Position numbers and translations under genes: made by a program. From contig JABXHM010000052.1 of assembly GCA_013373625.1 (NCBI GenBank), forward strand, positions 1 to 32,000: DNA of 32,000 nucleotides. Direction: 5' to 3'. The notes below the pieces were generated by a model. The model did not search any database, was not told the origin of the DNA, and worked only from the letters and a program-made list of their open reading frames with translations. This document shows positions 9,228 to 17,168 of this stretch, piece by piece. The first letter of the stretch is position 1; the number at the start of each line of letters is the position of its first letter. This stretch comes from Alteromonadaceae bacterium (GTDB lineage: Bacteria > Pseudomonadota > Gammaproteobacteria > Enterobacterales > Alteromonadaceae).

Positions 9228-10073
9228 ATGAATTTACAACGATTATTGCATTACATTCAAAACAATCATGATCAGGTTATCACGCTTGATGAACTGGCTG
9301 TTTTGAGTGGCTATAGCCCTTATCATTTTCAGCGATTATTTAAAGCTGAGTATGGTATCGGTCCTGGCAGGTTAGGAGCGCTATTGCGACTTCATCGGGG
9401 ATATTACCTTCTCAGATACCGGCCCTGGCTTAGCGTTTTAGAGGTTGCGATTGAATGTGGTTACAGCAGTAGTGATGGCTTTAGCCGGGCGTTTAAACGC
9501 ATAGCGGGTTGTACGCCGTCTAACGTGCGTCAACAGGGCGAAGCGATACCAGAACCTTTATCTAAGCTTTTAAATAAATATATCAAGGAAACCACTATGA
9601 CTGATACGCCTTCGGTGGAAACGGTAAACCTTACTGAAATTAAAGTATGTGTCTTGCGCCATAAAGGTAATCCACGGGCTTTACCAGGCACGCTCCAAGA
9701 ATTTATTAGCTGGCGTCGCGAAAATCGGTTGCCGCCCGGTAAGTTTCGGACCTTTAATTTTCTTTGGCACGATCCTGCTAGTGTTAGTCCATCAGAGTAT
9801 ATTTTCGACCTTGCATGTGAGATACCGGCGCGCGAACTCACTAATACTGCTGACAAACAATTTGTCAGTATTCCTCAGGGACGCTACGCCAGGGTTGTTG
9901 TAAAAGGGACCGATAGCCTGATTGAATCATCGATTGATTACCTGCTGAATAACTATCTTGTTGAAAATAATGAACAAGCTGGTGATTTTCCTTTAATTAT
10001 CGAACGCATAAAATTTTATCCGGAAGTTCCTCACCACCAAGCAGAGTGCAATGTTTTTCTACTATTAAAGTAA
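9228..10073 (+). CDS. AraC-family transcriptional regulator with a C-terminal GyrI-like effector-binding domain (Rob/SoxS-like architecture)
   Basis: 281 aa. N-terminal double HTH (ITLDELAVLSGYSPYHFQRLFK, IECGYSSSDGFSRAFKR). The C-terminal ~150 aa have the GyrI-like small-molecule-binding pattern (VETVNL..IKVCVLRHKG, GRYARVVVKG). Confidence 0.85.
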   Translation: MNLQRLLHYIQNNHDQVITLDELAVLSGYSPYHFQRLFKAEYGIGPGRLGALLRLHRGYYLLRYRPWLSVLEVAIECGYSSSDGFSRAFKRIAGCTPSNVRQQGEAIPEPLSKLLNKYIKETTMTDTPSVETVNLTEIKVCVLRHKGNPRALPGTLQEFISWRRENRLPPGKFRTFNFLWHDPASVSPSEYIFDLACEIPARELTNTADKQFVSIPQGRYARVVVKGTDSLIESSIDYLLNNYLVENNEQAGDFPLIIERIKFYPEVPHHQAECNVFLLLK

Positions 10074-10470
10074 AAGTTTGCAAGAGGTCGCATCGCTTTG
10101 TCTAATCAGGAGCGAGTATTAATCAATACGTTGCTGCTACATATACCAGTTGATACCCGGTTAAGTGTTACACGCCACATTCTCATAATCCCATTCTGAA
10201 AAAACAGTACACATCCTGATAAAGTTATAACGGTATGTGTTGCTATTGAGTATGAGTAGATAGTGACCCTTTATGCTTGCAAGGGCATAGTCAGCCTCAA
10301 AGTTTTTGCATAGTACAGACAAGTGCGTTAGTTTGTTGCGGTTTAGAAATAATGTTGTTAATTCAGATGCTTCCACAATAACGTGATACCGTTAAAAAGG
10401 TAATACATACTGTTTGTATTCAAGCACTGTTGTTTTTGAACGTTTTTTCAAGTCATATAAGGAGAATTAA

Positions 10471-11769
10471 ATGACAAAAGTTTATGTGGGAATTAGTGCT
10501 GACATGATGCATCCAGGTCATGTCAATGTTATTCGTGAAGCTGCCAAGCTCGGAGACGTTCTGATTGGTCTTCTTACCGACCGCGCGATTGCGTCGTACA
10601 AACGCCTTCCTTTTTTAGATTACGAACAACGCAAGGCGGTCATTGAAAATATGAAGGGTGTGACTGAAGTTATTCCTCAGGAAACCCTCGACTATCGCCC
10701 TAACCTGAAGAAACTTAAGCCAGATATCGTTGTTCATGGTGACGACTGGAAAACCGGAGTACAGGCAAAGGTGCGCCAGCAAGTTATTGATACGCTTGCT
10801 GAGTGGGGAGGTAAGCTTGTAGAAGTGCCATATACACCTGGCATTTCATCTACCCTCCTGAATAAAGCTGCCAAAAGCCAGGGGACAACCCCTGATCGCC
10901 GTCGAAAACAGTTGCATAGGTTGTTGCAGGCTAAAGATCTTGTACGTGTTATCGAAACGCACAGCGGTATATCGAGTTTAATTGCGGAAAACCTCGAAGT
11001 TGAGGTGAACAACCAAAAGCGTTCATTCGATGCGGTTTGGTCTTCGTCACTGACAGACTCAACGAATAAAGGTAAGCCGGATATAGAGGCGGTAGACACC
11101 ACTGACAGAGCAAATACGATTTCGTCTATCTTTGAGGTGACTACCAAACCAATGATTTATGATGGCGATACTGGTGGTAAACCAGAGCATTTTGCTTTTA
11201 CCGTACGTACCCTTGAGCGTCTTGGTGTTTCTGCAATAGTCATTGAAGATAAAACCGGGCTCAAAAAGAACTCGTTACTTGGCAACGATGTAGCGCAAAC
11301 ACAAGATTCAATATTAGAATTCAGTGAAAAAATTGCTACCGGGAAGAAAGCGCAGGTAAGCCAGGACTTTATGATTTTTGCGCGTTGTGAAAGTCTGATC
11401 CTTGATAAAGGAATGGATGATGCAATTGAGCGGTGTAAGGCTTATCTGGAAGCGGGTGCGGATGGCATTATGATCCACTCCAGAAAGTCTGATGGCGCGG
11501 AAATCCTGGAATTCTGTGAAATTTATAAGACGTTTGGCGCTGGCAAACCACTCATCGTGGTGCCGTCTTCATTTGATCGAATTACTGAAACTGAGTTTGC
11601 AAAGGCCGGCGTTAATATTGTTATTTACGCTAACCACATGTTGCGCGCAGCGTATCCTGCCATGTATGAAACAGCCAAGAAAATTCTGGTAAACGAACGT
11701 GCGTTCGAAGTTCGGGATGACTGTATGTCGATAAAAGAAATTCTCGAAGTAATACCGGGAACTGCCTGA
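10471..11769 (+). CDS. pepM: Bifunctional cytidylyltransferase / phosphoenolpyruvate phosphomutase (Fom1/AepX-type fusion)
   Basis: 432 aa. N-terminal ~135 aa: CTP-transferase fold with HPGH (nt 10510-10521) and the GISST (RTxGISTT-like) motif. C-terminal ~285 aa: isocitrate-lyase superfamily fold with the PEP-mutase-diagnostic EDK-X5-NS motif ([11 protein letters not shown], nt 11245-11274). Strong SD (AAGGAG). Confidence 0.92.
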   Translation: MTKVYVGISADMMHPGHVNVIREAAKLGDVLIGLLTDRAIASYKRLPFLDYEQRKAVIENMKGVTEVIPQETLDYRPNLKKLKPDIVVHGDDWKTGVQAKVRQQVIDTLAEWGGKLVEVPYTPGISSTLLNKAAKSQGTTPDRRRKQLHRLLQAKDLVRVIETHSGISSLIAENLEVEVNNQKRSFDAVWSSSLTDSTNKGKPDIEAVDTTDRANTISSIFEVTTKPMIYDGDTGGKPEHFAFTVRTLERLGVSAIVIEDKTGLKKNSLLGNDVAQTQDSILEFSEKIATGKKAQVSQDFMIFARCESLILDKGMDDAIERCKAYLEAGADGIMIHSRKSDGAEILEFCEIYKTFGAGKPLIVVPSSFDRITETEFAKAGVNIVIYANHMLRAAYPAMYETAKKILVNERAFEVRDDCMSIKEILEVIPGTA

Positions 11770-12893
11770 TGTTAAAGCCGGAAAACTATCTGAACGACCT
11801 TACTAATGCCGGTATAGAATTTTTTGCAGGTGTGCCTGATTCTTTATTAAAGCAGATTTGTGCCTGCATCACCGATAAATTGCCCGCTAATAACCATATC
11901 ATTACTGCGAATGAAGGGGCTGCCATTGGACTCGCCATTGGCCATCATATTGCTACCAATGGTGTGCCGCTGGTCTATATGCAAAATTCGGGGTTGGGGA
12001 ATATTGTTAATCCAGTTATGTCGTTAGCTTCTCCTGAAGTCTATGGTGTGCCTATGGTTATGCTTATTGGCTGGCGTGGACAGCCGGGCATAAAAGACGA
12101 ACCACAACACGTGCACCAGGGACGAGTAACGGAGGCGATGCTTGCGTCTATGGAAGTGCCAGTGTGGGTGTTGTCTAAAGATCCCGATACTGCTCGTAAC
12201 CAGACAAATGAGGCTGTGGCTACAGCCCGTCGTCTTAACGCTCCGGTAGCCATCCTGGTTGAAAAGGGGACCTTTGATAGTTACAGCATGAGCAATGAAA
12301 AGCCGGCGCTCACGCTCAAACGCGAAGACGCTATCATTGCAGCGGCAGCTCAGGTTGAAGACAATGGTGTCATAGTTTGTACCACCGGGATGCCATCACG
12401 TGAATTGTTTGAGTATCGGGCCCGTGAGGCGGCTGGACACCAGCGTGATTTTCTAACAGTGGGAGGAATGGGCCATGCCAGTCAAATTGCACTCGGGATT
12501 GCCCTGAAACAGCCATCCCGTCCTGTTTACTGTTTTGATGGGGATGGTGCAGCCCTGATGCACATGGGTTCATTAGCTGTTTCTGGACAAAGCGGTTGCA
12601 GTAATTTTGTCCATATCGTGCTTAATAATGGTGCTCACGAAAGTGTCGGAGGGCAGCCTACAGTTGCTTTTAAAATTGACCTGCCTGCCATTGCTAAAGC
12701 GTGTGGTTATGTCAGTGCTGTTAGCGTTGACTCAATAGAATCACTGGAGCAGGCGATGGTAGAGGCGAAAGAGGCAGCAGGGCCGTCTTTTGTAGAAGTT
12801 AGGGTATTACCCGGACACCGCAGCGATATAGGGCGTCCTACCACTACGCCTGCCGAAAATAAAAAGGCGCTCATGAAGCATCTTCAAGCCTAA
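11769..12893 (+). CDS. ppd: Phosphonopyruvate decarboxylase (TPP-dependent)
   Basis: 374 aa. GVPDSLLK, ANEGAAIG, MQNSGLGN and GWRGQPGIKDEPQH are typical of Ppd/AepY/Fom2. TPP-binding motif GDGAALMHMG...NNGAHES. The start overlaps the pepM stop by 1 nt (TGATG). Confidence 0.9.
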   Translation: MLKPENYLNDLTNAGIEFFAGVPDSLLKQICACITDKLPANNHIITANEGAAIGLAIGHHIATNGVPLVYMQNSGLGNIVNPVMSLASPEVYGVPMVMLIGWRGQPGIKDEPQHVHQGRVTEAMLASMEVPVWVLSKDPDTARNQTNEAVATARRLNAPVAILVEKGTFDSYSMSNEKPALTLKREDAIIAAAAQVEDNGVIVCTTGMPSRELFEYRAREAAGHQRDFLTVGGMGHASQIALGIALKQPSRPVYCFDGDGAALMHMGSLAVSGQSGCSNFVHIVLNNGAHESVGGQPTVAFKIDLPAIAKACGYVSAVSVDSIESLEQAMVEAKEAAGPSFVEVRVLPGHRSDIGRPTTTPAENKKALMKHLQA

Positions 12894-12909
12894 GTAAACG
12901 GAACATAAA

Positions 12910-14052
12910 ATGAGTGTCAAATACACCGAAGGGCTCGGTAGTCTGGCAAAACTACCAGGTATTATTAAAAAGTACGGCGCCAGAAAAACACTGCTGGTCA
13001 CGGGGCGTCATTCTTACCAGGCCTGCGGTGCCGCAGCAATTGTTGACCCATTGGTCGACGAGCTGAACATCGTGCAATTCTCGGACTTTTCGGTCAATCC
13101 CAAGTTTGAAGAAGCAATGCGCGCAACGCATTTGGCTCAGACAGAAAGCGTTGATTTAATTGTCGCGATTGGTGGCGGTTCGGTGATGGACATGGCAAAG
13201 CTTGTTAAAGCATTTTTAACTGCGCCTGAACACGCTGAGGAGCTGACCAGGGGGGCAAGAACAATGTCTGGTGCCGGGTTGCCACTCATTACGGTTCCAA
13301 CAACGGCTGGTTCCGGGTCCGAAGCTACACATTTTGCTGTTGTCTATATTGGTCATGATAAATTTTCTCTGGCCTCTAAATACTTACTTCCGGAAAACGT
13401 TATCCTTGATGGTCGGCTACTCTCCTCTGCCAGCCCTTACCAACGGGCTTGCAATGGTCTCGATGCATTGGCGCAAGCTATTGAAAGCGCCTGGGCTGCA
13501 GGTTCAACAGAGGAAAGTCGTCATTATTCCTTTTCGGCTATCGAAAAAGTAATCAATCAGCTAAAGCCAATCGTCGACGGTACAGCCAGTGAGTTGGACT
13601 TTCAGGACATGCTTGTCGCGGCAAATTTAGCGGGGCGCGCTATCAATATTGCTAAAACGACTTCTGCACATGCGTGGTCGTATGGGATTACTGGTCATTA
13701 CGGCCTGCCACATGGCCATGCTGTCTGGATGACATTGCCAGCTATTTTTGGTCTTCATGTGAAGGCTGCCCGGGAGAATGAAAACATCACCGACCCCAGG
13801 GGAAGTCAGCATTTTAAACTCATTATGTATCGTATTATGGAATTATTAGGCATCAAAGATGAAAGCGCTGCGGAAGAGTCGCTGCGTAACTACCTCCACA
13901 GTATTGCGGTTGACACTATGCTTGAAGATATTGGAGCCGAAACCGTTGAACAGCGCAGCTTTTTGTCTAAACAAGTCAATATGCAGCGCATGTCCAACAA
14001 TCCGGTTGGGCTTTATCAAGCTCAGATCGATCACATTTTTCGTTTAACTTAA
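12910..14052 (+). CDS. Iron-containing (group III) alcohol dehydrogenase, predicted phosphonoacetaldehyde reductase (FomC/PhpC-like)
   Basis: 380 aa. Fe-ADH signatures GGGSVMDMAK and the His cluster HAWSYGITGHYGLPHGHAV. The functional call rests on its position directly after pepM-ppd, the same context as FomC/PhpC/DhpG. Confidence 0.7.
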   Translation: MSVKYTEGLGSLAKLPGIIKKYGARKTLLVTGRHSYQACGAAAIVDPLVDELNIVQFSDFSVNPKFEEAMRATHLAQTESVDLIVAIGGGSVMDMAKLVKAFLTAPEHAEELTRGARTMSGAGLPLITVPTTAGSGSEATHFAVVYIGHDKFSLASKYLLPENVILDGRLLSSASPYQRACNGLDALAQAIESAWAAGSTEESRHYSFSAIEKVINQLKPIVDGTASELDFQDMLVAANLAGRAINIAKTTSAHAWSYGITGHYGLPHGHAVWMTLPAIFGLHVKAARENENITDPRGSQHFKLIMYRIMELLGIKDESAAEESLRNYLHSIAVDTMLEDIGAETVEQRSFLSKQVNMQRMSNNPVGLYQAQIDHIFRLT

Positions 14053-14074
14053 AGTTAGTATTGCTTTGTTCAGG

Positions 14075-15892
14075 CTAATCTTTTAGTGGCCAGGGCCATT
14101 CGTAAAACCGATCTGAGATTCCCCAGCCAGTACCGTATAATTCCAGTAAAAACTGTTCGGGATTGGCGGGAACCGGAACTTTATGGTCATAGAGCGCTAT
14201 ATTCTCTCTGCCTTCAAAAAACTGTTTGTCGATGCCTTTTATCTTCATTTTTTGCATATGCAAATGGACTTGATTGTTATTAAACCAATAGGGAAAGACA
14301 TCGATCATAATATTCGACGCAATATCGTATACATGTACATTAAAAGTATGGCTTTGACCGTATTTAATTCTGTATTTCTTATCGTCGAGCTTTGAAATCA
14401 TTTCCTGGCGAAGGGCCATTACGTCGCTTGTGTCGATTTCTTTATCTGTTAACTCAATAAGAATATCAACATCATCATCATGTTCTATAAACCCATCGTC
14501 TCTGCATGCTCCAAGCAGGGTTCCGTAGCCAAGGCAAGGTTTATAACCCAGCTCGGTAAGTTCAGCCATCAGGGAGGTTAAAACATTCATAACCTTGGGT
14601 ACATTATTGGTCAGTACGCCTTTTATAGCCATGGCATGTTTTGTAATCTGAACCAGTGGTAGCTGTTGCTTGCCACGTAATCTATTCAGAAAACCCTCGA
14701 ACAATAAGACTGATTTTTTACTCGGCAATAGCGCTGAGTATGCGGTAAGACTGTAACTCAATGAGTTCTTTGTTTCTGCGACTACTATGACAGCTAGTAA
14801 CTTTAGCTCTTCCTCAAGTGGTTCGGCCTGCAGTTGAGTAATCTGCCAAGTAGATATTAGCTGTTTTAAAAAATACAGATCTGCATATTCAACAGTATCT
14901 AGTCCGTCGTAATATTTTGATATCAGTTTATTCAGCAAGGCTATTCGCATGTCAGCAGCGTTATTCGCTGTTTTACTGATAACTGCATCACCTAAATGTC
15001 TTACTATCTGATACTTGAGATATTTGCGATTAATTGTGTCGTTGAGTGCACTGTATATTAACTCTGATGACTGATCATTGGTTTGTGCATACACCGTTAG
15101 GTGTTTTGCTCTTAAGCCATACTTATCCATACGGTTTTGTATGACTAACCAAGAAACGTAAACCTCATCCTTAAACGTAATGTCAAACCAAGGGTTGGAC
15201 TCTCGGGCTGAGTGAAATCCTTTGTCGATTAATACTCGACTCAGGTCTTTATCTTGCTTTACATTTGAACTGGCGGTGACTTGTACATTACCGTCAGGCG
15301 TATAAAGTTCTCCGTTTTCATTGTAAATCTTAATACCTGCAACATTTAAATAAGCTTGGTCGTTATTTATAGCAACCCGAATTGAGCGAACTTTTTTATG
15401 TATTGAAACATTTAGTGGGGTATGCTTGCCGCCACCAAAAAAGCCCAGAGAAGGAAAAATTTGGGTGAAATTTGCGTGCTCCAGTTTTTGTGTTGTAGTG
15501 AGTCTGGCTAACAGCGATGAACACAATACGGAGCCAAGCTCAGTCACTGATTTGTTGTACAAGGTTACGAACAAAAAATGGCTTTTGTGCCGTTCAATGA
15601 CTGACCTGTCAACACAGAGGTTAAATGTATACTGGTGTAGTTTACCGTTGCACTCGTCATTACTTGCATCTGATACTTCCATGGCGAGGAGTTGGCTGCC
15701 AATTGTCGCGACGATTACCGTTGGTTGATCCGGTCGAAGGCTACAGACGCCTGAAAGTAGCAACTTATCGTTACTCTCCTCGACGTCGAGCAAAATAGCG
15801 GTTTGTTGAGCGGCGGCTGTATTAAGAATAGGCAAGCGAGAGGTTAAAAATATTGAGTGTGTCTTTTGGTTTTCACCGGGTATAGCTGACAT
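14075..15892 (-). CDS. LicD-family phospho(no)transferase with a ~430-aa N-terminal extension that includes a discoidin/galactose-binding-like module
   Basis: 605 aa. C-terminal LicD domain (about nt 14093-14590): GYGTLLGACRDDGFIEHDDDVDI, with DDDVD at nt 14465-14479, and LYGTGWG near the end. A middle segment (about nt 15053-15400) shows a pattern like F5/8-type-C or fucolectin folds (ASSN...HSARESNPWFDITF...VIQNRMD...RAKHLTVY). There is no signal peptide or TM. It converges on the ADH gene with 22 nt between the stop codons. Confidence 0.8.
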   Translation of the reverse strand: MSAIPGENQKTHSIFLTSRLPILNTAAAQQTAILLDVEESNDKLLLSGVCSLRPDQPTVIVATIGSQLLAMEVSDASNDECNGKLHQYTFNLCVDRSVIERHKSHFLFVTLYNKSVTELGSVLCSSLLARLTTTQKLEHANFTQIFPSLGFFGGGKHTPLNVSIHKKVRSIRVAINNDQAYLNVAGIKIYNENGELYTPDGNVQVTASSNVKQDKDLSRVLIDKGFHSARESNPWFDITFKDEVYVSWLVIQNRMDKYGLRAKHLTVYAQTNDQSSELIYSALNDTINRKYLKYQIVRHLGDAVISKTANNAADMRIALLNKLISKYYDGLDTVEYADLYFLKQLISTWQITQLQAEPLEEELKLLAVIVVAETKNSLSYSLTAYSALLPSKKSVLLFEGFLNRLRGKQQLPLVQITKHAMAIKGVLTNNVPKVMNVLTSLMAELTELGYKPCLGYGTLLGACRDDGFIEHDDDVDILIELTDKEIDTSDVMALRQEMISKLDDKKYRIKYGQSHTFNVHVYDIASNIMIDVFPYWFNNNQVHLHMQKMKIKGIDKQFFEGRENIALYDHKVPVPANPEQFLLELYGTGWGISDRFYEWPWPLKD

Positions 15893-16331
15893 CAGTTAAC
15901 AAGTTCCTTGTCCAACCCGTTAATAAACTTCAAAATCCAGTATAATCATAGATTTACATGATCTAACGAGTCGTTTGTGATTGTTTGTAATAAAAAATAC
16001 ACAATACCGTTATTTATATTAGAAATCTATTATCACGTAAAAGATCGCCACCGACTCCTGCGAAATGGTAATCAATAAAGACTGGTTGTTTCTTTATTAA
16101 AAAAAACACTGGTTTACAAACCTGAGTGCTACGCAAGATCCCATTCATAATGCTGTGTTGATGAAGTAATTGACAGAACCCAGTATTCAACGCTTTTTGC
16201 TAAATTTCGCGCCTCTGATTTTTATGGCATAATTAAAATCTGTTCAAGTTTTCGTATATTTCTGCAGCCGTTTTCTTAGGGCGCACTTAATACAGTGTGA
16301 ATTTATTTTGTTAAATGAAGAGGGTATAGCT

Positions 16332-17168
16332 GTGTCGCGACTCATTTCGGTAAACGATATCAAACCTGATGACTTATCTTCATATGTTGTGTTGTTTGCG
16401 TCGATGACCAACCCGGTGACGGGAAAAGCTGATGATCCCAATGAGGGTTTTTTGCCCGGTGCAATTAAATTTGATTTGGATGGCGAGGGTAGCGATCACA
16501 GTTCTGCTTTGCCACATACATTGCCAGCGCCCGAATCATTAGCAGTTCTGCTAGGTCAGTTGGGTGTTTCAAACCACAGCAATATAATTGTCTATGACAA
16601 CTTGGGAATGTTTAGTGCCCCTCGTCTATGGTGGATGCTCAAAAGTCTGGGCCATAAAAATGTGGCAGTGCTAAATGGCGGTTTACCCGCATGGAAAGTC
16701 GCAGGCTACCCGGTAACATCGACGTTATCATCCCGCCCACCGGTTAGTTACCAGCCTGTTGTCACCACAGGTTGGTTTTGTAACAGCGACGCCGTATTAA
16801 AAGCTATTGAAGTCGCTACGCCACTTATTTTAGATGCGCGTAGTGCAGGGCGCTTCAATGGCATTGCGCCTGAACCCAGAGAAGGGTTACGCAGTGGTCA
16901 TATGCCGGGGGCCTTCAATGTGCCCTTTAATGACTTGCTTGACGTTGGTCTGGCACTTAAACCTGTTAGCACTTTAAAACAGTTTTTTAAGGAGCAAGGG
17001 ATCGACATAAGCCAACCATTGTTATGCTCTTGTGGCTCTGGTGTAACAGCTTGTATTGTGGGGCTTGCCGCATTAGAAGCGGGCGCGAAAAGTGTAACTG
17101 TATATGATGGCTCTTGGTCAGAATGGGGCGGTGAGCACGCGTTTCCGGTGGAGACATGCAATGCATGA
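16332..17168 (+). CDS. sseA: 3-mercaptopyruvate sulfurtransferase (tandem rhodanese)
   Basis: Collinear with E. coli SseA (LPGAIKFDL, SDHSSALPHTLP, FSAPRLWWML, RSGHMPGA, active-site CGSGVTA, YDGSWSEWG). The ORF-track start is TTG at 16308 with no SD. GTG at 16332 follows AGAGGG and matches the E. coli N-terminus better, but the start remains uncertain. Confidence 0.88.
   Translation: MSRLISVNDIKPDDLSSYVVLFASMTNPVTGKADDPNEGFLPGAIKFDLDGEGSDHSSALPHTLPAPESLAVLLGQLGVSNHSNIIVYDNLGMFSAPRLWWMLKSLGHKNVAVLNGGLPAWKVAGYPVTSTLSSRPPVSYQPVVTTGWFCNSDAVLKAIEVATPLILDARSAGRFNGIAPEPREGLRSGHMPGAFNVPFNDLLDVGLALKPVSTLKQFFKEQGIDISQPLLCSCGSGVTACIVGLAALEAGAKSVTVYDGSWSEWGGEHAFPVETCNA

Larger units (their letters stand above)
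7365..16300. other. Accessory segment (genomic islet) inserted between the tRNA-Leu 3' end and sseA; no integrase or transposase seen
   Basis: It starts directly after a tRNA gene. It contains unusually long non-coding stretches (7365-8135, 8868-9227, 10074-10470, 15893-16300). Spot counts of 60-nt lines give roughly 33-42% GC in the sulfotransferase and LicD genes, against about 50% in uvrC. The gene content is cell-surface modification rather than housekeeping. Confidence 0.5.

Noticed and set aside
10161-10376. 71-aa minus-strand ORF upstream of pepM
   Set aside because: It has no recognisable domain and no SD, and it sits in what should be the pepM promoter/leader region. It cannot be supported as a gene and may be a decayed fragment.
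10409-10431. ACTGTT direct repeat, considered as a Pho box controlling the phosphonate operon
   Set aside because: PhoB boxes are CTGTCAT-type repeats with 11-nt periodicity, whereas this repeat has 17-nt spacing and a poor match. It is kept only as a possible AraC-type site in a finding.
16242-16249. GTTCAAGT identical to part of the tRNA-Leu T-arm (7341-7348), considered as an attR-type direct repeat closing the islet
   Set aside because: The match is only 8 nt. About one such match is expected by chance in 32 kb on two strands, and the flanking bases do not extend it.
17104-17160. Longer N-terminal extensions offered by the ORF track (cobB 17104, bax 19300, DsbD_2-like 25409, ccoI 27951, uspE 23754, GGDEF-like 3223)
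   Set aside because: Each extension overlaps the preceding gene or is an SD-less TTG. The conserved protein N-termini begin at internal ATGs that form classic 1-, 4- or 8-nt start/stop overlaps or follow good SD sequences.
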